From Candidatus Woesearchaeota archaeon (GTDB lineage: Archaea > Nanobdellota > Nanobdellia > SCGC-AAA011-G17 > PNOQ01), in the NCBI GenBank assembly GCA_964474895.1, contig CAYYUK010000001.1, positions 92,684 through 156,683 of the forward strand: 64,000 nucleotides of DNA. The letters are read 5' to 3'. The notes under the pieces were generated by a model. It saw nothing but the letters and a program-made list of their open reading frames with translations, was not told where the DNA came from and made no database searches. How positions within the stretch are numbered: the stretch's first letter is position 1; every line of letters begins with the position of its first letter. The position numbers and the translations under genes are program-made. Positions 18,183 through 26,912 of the stretch are shown in pieces.

Positions 18183-18776
18183 ATGGGTTTTTTATTTTTT
18201 GGAAAAAAGAGGAATGATATTAACAAGAAGTTCTCCGATTTGCACACTAGCCTTACTGGTTCTTTTTCTAAAGTTAAAGAAGATATTACTTCTGCATATG
18301 AATTACTTGGAGATCTTAATAAACATAAAGAAATCCAAAAACAAACTCTTGACGGCATTGATTCTAGATTAAGTTATATTGAGGGTTTTATCGAGGAGTT
18401 TATTTCTGGACAGACAGCTGTCCAAACACGCTCTGTGTCTGAACAAACTCAAACAAACAGCCGTTCTAAACGGACGTCTGTCCATGTCCAAACAGAGATT
18501 TTAGCTGAATTGAGACGTTTGACACCCATGGAAAGGTCATTGGTTTGGGCATTATTAAACACCGATTTGAAACTCAGCTATACAGATTTGGCCAGGGTAT
18601 TGGGCAAAGATGAATCAACTGTGAGAGGACAAGTTAGTAATATAAGAAAAAAGACAGATGACCTGATAAGTGAGAGAAACGAAATTCATGGTCAAAAGAG
18701 ATTTTACATAGATGAGAGAGTAAAAAACAAGGTTTTGAGAGAATATAAGGTAAAAAATAAGAGAAATAGTAATTAG
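18183..18776 (+). CDS. Coiled-coil plus C-terminal LuxR/GerE- or HTH_10-type helix-turn-helix regulator
   Basis: LTPMERSLVWALLNTDLKLSYTDLARVLGKDESTVRGQVSNIRKK fits the sigma-70-region-4/LuxR HTH pattern. N-terminal coiled coil. Low-complexity linker. Confidence 0.5.
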   Translation: MGFLFFGKKRNDINKKFSDLHTSLTGSFSKVKEDITSAYELLGDLNKHKEIQKQTLDGIDSRLSYIEGFIEEFISGQTAVQTRSVSEQTQTNSRSKRTSVHVQTEILAELRRLTPMERSLVWALLNTDLKLSYTDLARVLGKDESTVRGQVSNIRKKTDDLISERNEIHGQKRFYIDERVKNKVLREYKVKNKRNSN

Positions 18777-18829
18777 TGAGTGTATTTTGTTTCTTTTTTA
18801 GTGTTTTTTACATGAAAAGTGAGTTTAAA

Positions 18830-19444
18830 TCATGAAAAAAGTTTTGTTTGAGAAGGATCTTTATGGTAATATAAGTTTGTGAGTCTTTCTTTTAAATTTA
18901 ACTCCCTGAAGTTTTGGGGTATTGTGAGAATAACCATCCTATTATTGACCTTTTGCTTTTCTAGAGGGAGTTCCTTTCGTATAATTGAGCTTGTATAGCT
19001 TCTTATGCATCCAGTAGAAAGCTTAAGTTTCGACGACAATTCTTCATATGTTACTCCCCTTCCAAGATCTTCTTCTAATTGGTATATCGTCAGAAATACC
19101 ATGAATTCTTGGTTGGTTATATCCCTAAATCTGTCTTCCATATTGCCCTTTATCTGTTTAATATCTATTGAATGGCTGTTGAATGAATGAATGTCTGTTG
19201 AATGAATGAATGAATGAACCCCTTCATTTCCGGTGGAACTTTTTGGGTTTTTGTGAGAGATTATTGTGTTTGGAAGCCCAGAACCCCTAAATTTGGGGGT
19301 TTCAGCCTTTTTTTGCTCTAATAATTCATCTAATTTTCCCAATATCTCTTTAAATTTGGTTTCTATTTCGGATATTCGGCTATTTATGTGTTCTATGTCC
19401 CTTTTTACTTCTGAGAAAGCAGATTTTATCCTTTGATTTACCAT
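18830..19444 (-). CDS. Coiled-coil plus C-terminal HTH regulator (paralogue-like of 18183..18776). The linker contains a coding (GAAT)n microsatellite.
   Basis: N-terminal coiled coil (DIEHINSRISEIETKFKEILGKLDEL). C-terminal HTH (VTYEELSSKLKLSTGCIRSYTSSIIRKEL). The linker encodes IHSFIHSTDIHSFNSHSIDIK from the GAATGAATG repeats. Confidence 0.5.
   Translation of the reverse strand: MVNQRIKSAFSEVKRDIEHINSRISEIETKFKEILGKLDELLEQKKAETPKFRGSGLPNTIISHKNPKSSTGNEGVHSFIHSTDIHSFNSHSIDIKQIKGNMEDRFRDITNQEFMVFLTIYQLEEDLGRGVTYEELSSKLKLSTGCIRSYTSSIIRKELPLEKQKVNNRMVILTIPQNFRELNLKERLTNLYYHKDPSQTKLFS
19166..19219. repeat. (TGAA/GAAT)n microsatellite with duplicated CTGTTGAATGAATGAATG unit. Further GTGAATGAATG copies lie at 19487-19539.
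   Basis: Direct read: ctattgaatggctgttgaatgaatgaatgtctgttgaatgaatgaatgaatgaacc. Confidence 0.6.
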
Positions 19445-19551
19445 TTTGGCACTTTAGGAACTGTTGGTAGATATATAACAATTATTGTGTGTGAATGAAT
19501 GTTTAGTATGTGTTTAGTGAATGAATGGTGAGTGAATAGTTGGGATATATT

Positions 19552-19827
19552 CTATGACTCTGAAAGATCTTTATATTGGTTGTATATCTTGTCATTTAGA
19601 ACCCATTTCTTTCTGGCCAAATAGGTTTTACCTTCGGTGTTTTTGTTTATTTCCTTGGCAAAGCCTTCTTGCTTTAATTCATTTAGAAGTCTTAATGTGA
19701 ACTCTTCATCCCTTATTGCCTCTTCTGCAATTTGTGAGGTATAATATGGAACTAGGTGGTTTTCATATAGAATTGATAGTATATGTTCTTTAATCTTTTG
19801 CAGTTTTTTATCGCTTATTTGGGGCAT
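19552..19827 (-). CDS. Small winged-helix-like protein
   Basis: ORF with ILSILYENHLVPYYTSQIAEEA...LNELKQEGFAKEI, consistent with a wH fold. Confidence 0.35.
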   Translation of the reverse strand: MPQISDKKLQKIKEHILSILYENHLVPYYTSQIAEEAIRDEEFTLRLLNELKQEGFAKEINKNTEGKTYLARKKWVLNDKIYNQYKDLSES

Positions 19828-19877
19828 ATTTCTTTCTTAATTGGGGATTATTTAAATTATTCGGTTAAAAGGATATG

Positions 19878-20513
19878 TTATTTATGTCCATATATTGTAA
19901 ATCTTGTTGGCTCGCACATTATCATAATTAACGCATCTTCATTTCTCTCCTTTAGACCTTTTAGCATCTTTAGATCTTGTCTCGAAGCAATACATCTTTT
20001 GTAAGGGTGTGTGTGTAAAACTATTATTGTGCCTTCTGAGCAAGGCCTAAACGAAACATGACTATATGATTGTTCAATTATGTCTGGTTCGTAGATTTCA
20101 GATATGAAATAATCTTGGCTTTTTGTCCCTTTTAGACATACGCTTGTTTCCGCTTCTAAATTTTCTGAATATAGTTCTTTTAGTTGTGTGTAGGTGTCAT
20201 CTTCAAATATGATTAAAAATTTGTCAAGAGTTATTACATTTTCGATTATTTCTACAGATTCATATTTGCTCTCTAAAATTGAGTAAATTGGAAAACTCAC
20301 TAAAAAATAAGAGATTATTAATGCTAGTAGTAATGTGCCCGTAATTGCTATTAGAATCTTTTTCCATAGTGGATTTTCAAGCAATTCGTTTATCTCTTGC
20401 CCTTCTTGCATATTAGACATATTTCTTTCTCCGAATCGTAGCAATTTTCGCAAACGCTCTCTCCACAAAACTTGCAGATCTTCTTTGAGATCTGTTGTTT
20501 GCATATCCCACAA
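19878..20513 (-). CDS. Membrane-anchored JAB1/MPN/Mov34 (JAMM) metalloprotease
   Basis: E...HTHPYKRCIASRQD is exactly E-x(n)-H-x-H-x7-S-x2-D. One N-terminal TM helix (ILIAITGTLLLALIISYFLV). An alternative start is at ATG 20420. Confidence 0.6.
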   Translation of the reverse strand: MWDMQTTDLKEDLQVLWRERLRKLLRFGERNMSNMQEGQEINELLENPLWKKILIAITGTLLLALIISYFLVSFPIYSILESKYESVEIIENVITLDKFLIIFEDDTYTQLKELYSENLEAETSVCLKGTKSQDYFISEIYEPDIIEQSYSHVSFRPCSEGTIIVLHTHPYKRCIASRQDLKMLKGLKERNEDALIMIMCEPTRFTIYGHK

Positions 20514-20796
20514 GGCCTCATATGTTCCATAGTTTTTGCACTCTTTTCGTTTTCTTAACAGTTGTGTAATAACTTAAAAGTTTAATTTTTTAGTTAATTT
20601 TTTAGTGGTGCCCTTTTTTAAAATATAGTTGTAAAAAAAGGTGATTAAGTCTGCGAATGTATATAAATGATTTTTTAGATTAGTAAATTATAATGTACAC
20701 CGAACTTAAGATTAAGAAAATAATGGAAGAAGAAGGTTGTACATGGGAAGAAGCTTCTGAAAAGAATAGTGAAGCTGTAGAGGTTACTGATTTCTT

Positions 20797-21213
20797 TTAA
20801 TTTTTTGATTCTTCTGGTTTCATATATGGAAGTCTTATCTGCGGTGGTAAATTTACTTCTTGAGATAAATTTAGTCCTTTTATATTACACTTACCTAAAA
20901 TCGTATTGAATATTAGTGGTGCTATCTCTTTTGGGAGATTTTTTTCTTTTTTCCACGATTCTTGTATTTCTTTGATTTTCTTTGGATCTTCCATATAGAG
21001 CACGTGACCATTTAAAACAATCTTTCCAATTTGAGGTTCATAATCCACTAAATACTCAAAATCAAATTTTAGAACCTCTTCTGACTTTCCAAGTGACAAT
21101 TTATCTTGTTCTACATTTTTTATTGATAAATTATTCTTTATTTTCAAGTTTGCATTTACTTGATTAGTTTTTTCTGCATTTATTTTTTCAAGATTGAATC
21201 CAACAATAGGCAT
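20797..21213 (-). CDS. Hypothetical protein
   Basis: ORF only, 138 aa, no recognisable motif. Confidence 0.35.
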   Translation of the reverse strand: MPIVGFNLEKINAEKTNQVNANLKIKNNLSIKNVEQDKLSLGKSEEVLKFDFEYLVDYEPQIGKIVLNGHVLYMEDPKKIKEIQESWKKEKNLPKEIAPLIFNTILGKCNIKGLNLSQEVNLPPQIRLPYMKPEESKN

Positions 21214-21258
21214 TTGTAACCACCAAGATTTAAACCTGCGTGCCTTTTATAAATTTTT

Positions 21259-22923
21259 CTACATATTCTCTGGAGATTGTATTCCCAGGAGAAATAGTCC
21301 GTTTTCAATAACTTGTTTAACTGATCTAACAAGGAGCAATTTTGTTTCTATTTCTTTCTCATTTCCGGTTAAAATTTTGTGTTTATTGTAATATTCATTG
21401 AATTTCTTTGATAATTCGATCAGATAATTCGCTAAGTGGTGTGGTTTGTATGTTTCTGCAACTTTTTGCACTATTTTTGGAAAATTATGTAACTTTTTTA
21501 TTATTTCTGCTTCTTCCTTTTTGTTTAGTAGCCCTATTTTTGTATTTTTTTTGCTTTTTTTTGCTTTTTTTAAAATACTATTTGCCCTTACGCAAGTATA
21601 TTGTATGTATGGTGCTGTTTCGCCTTCAAAGGACAACATGCGATCCCAATCAAAATTTATATTCTTTGTTCTATTATTGCAAAGGTCTCCAAATATTATT
21701 GCTCCAATTCCAACTTTTTTTGCTATATCTTCTTTATCTTTTAGATTTGGATTTTTCTTTTCTATAATATTTTTTGCAAGAGTTATAGATTTATTCAAAA
21801 CGTCTTCCAAAAAGATTACATTTCCTTTCCTTGTTGACATTTTTCCTTCTGGAAATCTAATTAATCCAAAATCTATGTGTTTTAGTTTTGATTTTGTTAA
21901 TCTCGCCAATTCAGATGTTTTAAATAACTGTTCGAAATATAATTTATGTTCAGAACCAACTATGTATAATATTTCTTTTGGATTAAACTTTTTTGACCTG
22001 TATATGATAGTACTTAAATCTCTTGTGTGATAAGTTGTTGATTTGTTTGATTTTCTTAAAATTATTGGGGGCATGTTGTATTTCTCTAAATTAACTATCA
22101 GTGCTTTTTCACTTATTTCTGTTTGTAATTTATTTTTTATTGTTTTAATAGTGTTTTCTGTGTTTCGCACATAAAAAGATTCTCCCGTATAGTAATCAAA
22201 TTTTACGTTTAATAGGTCATATATTCTTTTGAATTCATTTAGACTTAACTCTTTAAAGAATTTCCATAATTCTATCGTTTTTTTGTCTCCTTCTTCTAGT
22301 TTCTTGAATTCTTCTCTTCCTTCATCCAATAATTTTTCATTAAATTCTTCTTCTTTATGAAATCTTACATAGAGATCCAGTAGGTGGTTTATTGGATCTT
22401 TCTTAAGTTCTGCTTGAATTCCCCATTTTTTATATGCTACAATTAATTTTCCAAATTGGGTTCCCCAATCCCCCAAATGATTTACTGATATTGGATTATA
22501 CCCTACAAATTTCAAAACGTTATATATTGAATTTCCTATTACTGTTGAACGTAAATGCCCAATTCCAAATGGTTTCGCTATATTTGGATGGGAGTAATCC
22601 ATTACAATGTTCTTCCCCTTTCCGATGTTTTGGCTCCCATATTTATTTTTCTCTTTTGAGATTTTCGTTAAAGTTTCCTTCGTTAATTTTTTTGGATCCA
22701 AAAAGAAATTTAGATATTTGCCTTTTAATTCTATTTTTGATATAAATTTTAAATTAATTAGTTTTTTTTGTAACTTTTCTACTAGGTCATCAGAATTTTT
22801 TCCTAATTTGAAAAAGGGGAAGGCATAATCTCCAAAAGCATTGTTTGGGGGTATTTCTAGTTTTATTCCTTTCTTTTTAGTTTCTTTTATTATTTCTTCA
22901 GTCAATCTTTTTTGAAAATCCAT
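21259..22923 (-). CDS. argS: Arginyl-tRNA synthetase
   Basis: Class I motif region PNIAKPFGIGHLRS. C-terminal DALR-type anticodon-binding domain. 554 aa. Confidence 0.9.
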   Translation of the reverse strand: MDFQKRLTEEIIKETKKKGIKLEIPPNNAFGDYAFPFFKLGKNSDDLVEKLQKKLINLKFISKIELKGKYLNFFLDPKKLTKETLTKISKEKNKYGSQNIGKGKNIVMDYSHPNIAKPFGIGHLRSTVIGNSIYNVLKFVGYNPISVNHLGDWGTQFGKLIVAYKKWGIQAELKKDPINHLLDLYVRFHKEEEFNEKLLDEGREEFKKLEEGDKKTIELWKFFKELSLNEFKRIYDLLNVKFDYYTGESFYVRNTENTIKTIKNKLQTEISEKALIVNLEKYNMPPIILRKSNKSTTYHTRDLSTIIYRSKKFNPKEILYIVGSEHKLYFEQLFKTSELARLTKSKLKHIDFGLIRFPEGKMSTRKGNVIFLEDVLNKSITLAKNIIEKKNPNLKDKEDIAKKVGIGAIIFGDLCNNRTKNINFDWDRMLSFEGETAPYIQYTCVRANSILKKAKKSKKNTKIGLLNKKEEAEIIKKLHNFPKIVQKVAETYKPHHLANYLIELSKKFNEYYNKHKILTGNEKEIETKLLLVRSVKQVIENGLFLLGIQSPENM

Positions 22924-22965
22924 GTAGAACTAATTGCAGATATCTCTTTTAAGGTTTGCTAAATC

Positions 22966-23238
22966 TCAAAGGATATCTTCTTCAGAGACAACAATATAAT
23001 CACCAATAGCTATTACTGCACTGTGAGGGATTAAAAGGTTTCCTTGCTCATCTTTCTCGAGATCAACATTATCTGCAAGCGTTGTTGGATTTCTTAAAGT
23101 TAAATGTAATATTTCTCCAGTTCTAACTTCAAAGAGTATATTTCCAACTTCTCCAAATTTTTTACCAGCTTTACTTACTACTGTTTTTCCCAGAATTTGT
23201 TTTGAATATTTTCTATCTTCGTTTGCCATTGTATCCAA
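22966..23238 (-). CDS. PRC-barrel domain protein
   Basis: VVSKAGKKFGEVGNILFEVRTGEILHL fits the PRC-barrel pattern. A paralogous PRC-barrel gene lies at 38214..38510. Confidence 0.5.
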   Translation of the reverse strand: MDTMANEDRKYSKQILGKTVVSKAGKKFGEVGNILFEVRTGEILHLTLRNPTTLADNVDLEKDEQGNLLIPHSAVIAIGDYIVVSEEDIL

Positions 23239-23282
23239 AGGGTAGGTTTATGGGATTTATAAACTTTCTTAAATTTAATTAA

Positions 23283-23567
23283 TTACTTTATTAAGTTCTT
23301 AAAAAAATCACCTATTTTTTCTACTGTTTCGTCCACAAAAGGATTTTCCGCTATGCTTTCAGATATTACTGCACCTGTTCTTATTACTGGATTGTCGGTT
23401 CTTAGTGTGTTATCTGCAGTTAGAGATCCTATAATAAATAAAAATACTGCTAATAATAGTACTATAACTATTATTGATTTTGCGATTCCTTTCATTAAGA
23501 AATGTTTGGAAAGTTCCATTACAGTTATTACAATTATTAATATTATTAGTAATGTGAATATCTCCAT
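23283..23567 (-). CDS. Small membrane protein
   Basis: ORF with two hydrophobic helices. Confidence 0.35.
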   Translation of the reverse strand: MEIFTLLIILIIVITVMELSKHFLMKGIAKSIIVIVLLLAVFLFIIGSLTADNTLRTDNPVIRTGAVISESIAENPFVDETVEKIGDFFKNLIK

Positions 23568-23949
23568 ATCCTTGTATAGAGGTTTACACTATTTAAAATT
23601 ATATGTTGGGTCCCCTACCTTCTTTTCATGTGGAGTTGTATTAAATAACTTTTTTCTTGTGGAGATTTTTCTTTAGGTGTGTTTATTTTGATATTATTCG
23701 CTGTTTTTGTAATGGTTTTTTGCATTATTTATTGTTTTTATTTGTCGTTGCTGTTTTCTTGTTTTTAATATTTTGTTTATATGTTTTATTATTATATTAT
23801 ATGTTATATTATTATATTATATATTGAAATTTATAATTACTACAAAGTTCCACTTGAAAAAGAGGTTAAAGTTTCAAATAAATGTTTTCCATTGGAAATA
23901 TAGGTCTCTGTCTGATAATTCTTATATATGGTTGAGATAGTTTTGGTTT
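23568..23949. promoter_or_regulatory. Predicted replication origin (oriC): an AT-rich unwinding region plus ORB-like elements directly upstream of orc1/cdc6
   Basis: Mini-ORB-like dyad TTCCATTGGAAA at 23887-23898. Two direct repeats TTTTC(A/T)TGTGGAG at 23623-23637 and 23652-23666. Extreme AT tract with tandem ttattatattatat units at about 23700-23830. The adjacent gene order orc1-polD small-polD large is the classical archaeal origin context. Confidence 0.55.
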
Positions 23950-25296
23950 ATGGTAATTAAAAAGAGTGAGAAGAAAAAGAATAAAATTAAATTGATCGAA
24001 GACAAATCATTGAAAGATTATGTTAAAAATACATCTGAAGAAGGAATACACAAAATAGAAGAAGATTCAGGGGAAGACGATAAGAGTATTGCAACTGACG
24101 AAATAGATGGTTTCTTCGAGGATTTTTTAACCAAAGAATCAATATTTAAAGATAAACAAGTTTTGCAAGTTAGCTATACTCCAGATACAATACCACATAG
24201 GGAAAAGCAGATAAAAGAGATAGCATCAATTCTTGCACCCTCGCTGAGAAATGAAAAGCCTTCAAATATATTTTTATATGGTAAAACTGGTACTGGAAAG
24301 ACTCTATCTGTATTGCACGTTGTTAAGAAATTAAAGAATGTTGCGAAATTAAAGAAAGTTGAACTCAGTGTGTTTTATTTAAATTGTAAATTAAAGAGGG
24401 TTGCAGACACAGAGTATAGGCTTGTTGCAGCATTAGCAAGAGAATTTGGTGAAGATGTTCCATTTACAGGGCTACCTACTGATGAAATTTATCGTGTTTT
24501 TGTTAAATCGATAGATTCCAAAAGGAGGAATTTGATAATTGTTTTGGATGAGATAGATCAGCTGGTTAAGAAAATTGGAGATGAAATTTTGTATACTTTA
24601 ACAAGATTGAATTCAGAATTAAAACAGACAAAGATAACAATAGTGGGAATTTCTAATGATCTGCAGTTTGCAAATTATTTGGACCCAAGAGTAAAATCTT
24701 CTCTAACTGAAGAAGACATAAATTTTCCCTCATATAATGCATTACAACTACAAGATATACTTTCCCAAAGGGCAAATGAAGCATTCAACGAAAATGTTGT
24801 TTGTGAAGGAGTTATTAGTAAATGTGCTGCTTATGCAGCAAGAGAACACGGTGATGCAAGAAGGGCACTGGATTTGCTAAGGGTTGCCGGAGAGCTTACA
24901 GAAAGAGAAAATAATGAAAAATTAAGTATAAAATTTATTGATTCTGCAGAGGAAAAAATAGAAAGGGATTTGATTTATGATGCAATTAAAACGTTGCCAA
25001 AACAATCTCAAGTGGCATTACTTTCTATATTTGAATTGCATGTTAAGAGCACAGAGAAAGTTTTGACAGGGGAGGTTTATGAAAAATATAGGTCTCTTTG
25101 TTCTTCTTGTGGATTAAAAATGTTGACACAAAGAAGACTTTCAGATCTTATTTCAGAACTTGATTTGTTGGGGATAATTAATGCGAGAGTAATTAGTAAG
25201 GGCAGATATGGTCGTACAAGAGAAATAAAGTTGGCAGTTCCTGTAACAAATGTCAATATACTATCAAAGGAGCTAAAAACGTGGTTGGGAATTTAA
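23950..25296 (+). CDS. orc1: Orc1/Cdc6 replication initiator
   Basis: Walker A LYGKTGTGKT. Walker B VLDEID. C-terminal winged helix. TATA-like ttcttatatatgg at about -27. Confidence 0.92.
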   Translation: MVIKKSEKKKNKIKLIEDKSLKDYVKNTSEEGIHKIEEDSGEDDKSIATDEIDGFFEDFLTKESIFKDKQVLQVSYTPDTIPHREKQIKEIASILAPSLRNEKPSNIFLYGKTGTGKTLSVLHVVKKLKNVAKLKKVELSVFYLNCKLKRVADTEYRLVAALAREFGEDVPFTGLPTDEIYRVFVKSIDSKRRNLIIVLDEIDQLVKKIGDEILYTLTRLNSELKQTKITIVGISNDLQFANYLDPRVKSSLTEEDINFPSYNALQLQDILSQRANEAFNENVVCEGVISKCAAYAAREHGDARRALDLLRVAGELTERENNEKLSIKFIDSAEEKIERDLIYDAIKTLPKQSQVALLSIFELHVKSTEKVLTGEVYEKYRSLCSSCGLKMLTQRRLSDLISELDLLGIINARVISKGRYGRTREIKLAVPVTNVNILSKELKTWLGI

Positions 25297-26912
25297 CCAA
25301 TAAAATATCTTTTTTCTTGAAAAGGGGATATTTGCTTAATCCAGATATATTAAAAGTTATAGACGAAAGTCTTTTTGAAAGACTTGGAGGACAATTTGAA
25401 TCAGGAGATAAACCTGTTGTGTTGACCAAGGATATAAAAAAGATTTTAGAGAAGAAGGGATTTAAATTTAATGCAAATTGGAACGATTTCGAAAAGGCAA
25501 GGGTTGATTATGAAAAAGGGGAAGATAGTGAAGTTTATCTTACTTTTTTAGAAGTTTCAGATCATAACTTACCAAACGTGGTTGGGGAAGACAATATCCA
25601 AGAAAGAGAAGAAAATGTAGTTACAGAAGAAACTTCTGAAAATGGAGCATCAATGCCTATTGTTTTGAAAAATTATTGCGACAAGGGGGCAAAAGTAGAT
25701 GTTTCCTCTTTTGTTGCTTATTATAAAATTCGTTACAATTATCTGAGAAAAGTATTACAAACGAGAAATGGATTATCAGGGGTGCTCTCTATAAACAGGT
25801 TAGGAAACAAAAGGAAAGGCGAGAAAATATCTACAATGGGTATTGTGTATTCTAAAGAAACTACAAAAAATGGTCATGTTGTTTTGGAATTAGAAGATGT
25901 AACTGGAATGGTGAAGGTTTTAATTATGAAAACAAAAGATGATTTGTATAATGATGGAATTGACGTTGTTTGTGATGAAGTAATTGGTATAACTGGTGTT
26001 GTTGGAGATAAAATTATTTTTGCAGATAAAATATTTTTCCCAGAATTCCCAAAGAGTAATAATATTAAGAAGGGGGGGGTTGAAGAATATGCCGCATTTA
26101 TATCTGATGTTCATGTCGGGTCTGATGTTTTTTTGGAAGACAATTTTTTGAAATTCATAAATTGGATGAATGGCAATTATGGAAATAAAGAACAGAGGGA
26201 AAAAGGATCTAAAGTGAAATATCTATTTGTTGTTGGCGATCTTGTAGATGGTGTTGGGGTGTATCCTGGGCAAGAATCAAATTTGAAAATAAATGACATA
26301 ACAGCACAGTATAACCGATTAGCAGAATTATTTTCAATGATAAGAAAAGACATACAGATTATTGCTTGCCCAGGAGACCACGATGCATTAAGATTAGCAG
26401 AACCACAGCCTTATTTGGATAAATCAATTGCGGAATCTGTGTGGAATTTGGGCAATGTTACCCTTGTTACAAATCCTTCCTTGGTTAATGTTGGAGCCAC
26501 AAAAAACTTTGGGGGGTTTAATGTTTTGTTGTATCATGGACGTAGTTTTAGTTATTTTATAGATGTTTTGGATTCCGTTAGAGAGGCTGGGGGGTATGAT
26601 GGAATAGATTATCTTTTGAAATTATTACTAAAAAAGAGACACTTGGCACCAAGCCATGAATCAACGTTGACAGTTATCGATAAGGAAGAAGATGCAATGT
26701 TAATAGAAGAGGTTCCTGATTTTTTTGCAGTTGGGCATATCCATAGGTGTAAAGTCGAACAACATGGCGTGACAACTTTAATCTCTGGTAGTTGTTGGCA
26801 ACCCCTTACAGACTATCAAGAAAAGTTAGGGCATAATCCCGAACCTGCAAGAGTTCCAATAGTGAATTTGGAATCAAGGGAAGTTAGTGTTATGAAATTT
26901 ATAGATGATTAA
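25281..26912 (+). CDS. polD1: DNA polymerase II (PolD) small subunit DP1
   Basis: Calcineurin-like phosphoesterase motifs (DVHVG, GDLVDGVG, GDHD, VGHIH). Overlaps orc1 by 16 nt. Confidence 0.9.
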   Translation: MVGNLTNKISFFLKRGYLLNPDILKVIDESLFERLGGQFESGDKPVVLTKDIKKILEKKGFKFNANWNDFEKARVDYEKGEDSEVYLTFLEVSDHNLPNVVGEDNIQEREENVVTEETSENGASMPIVLKNYCDKGAKVDVSSFVAYYKIRYNYLRKVLQTRNGLSGVLSINRLGNKRKGEKISTMGIVYSKETTKNGHVVLELEDVTGMVKVLIMKTKDDLYNDGIDVVCDEVIGITGVVGDKIIFADKIFFPEFPKSNNIKKGGVEEYAAFISDVHVGSDVFLEDNFLKFINWMNGNYGNKEQREKGSKVKYLFVVGDLVDGVGVYPGQESNLKINDITAQYNRLAELFSMIRKDIQIIACPGDHDALRLAEPQPYLDKSIAESVWNLGNVTLVTNPSLVNVGATKNFGGFNVLLYHGRSFSYFIDVLDSVREAGGYDGIDYLLKLLLKKRHLAPSHESTLTVIDKEEDAMLIEEVPDFFAVGHIHRCKVEQHGVTTLISGSCWQPLTDYQEKLGHNPEPARVPIVNLESREVSVMKFIDD

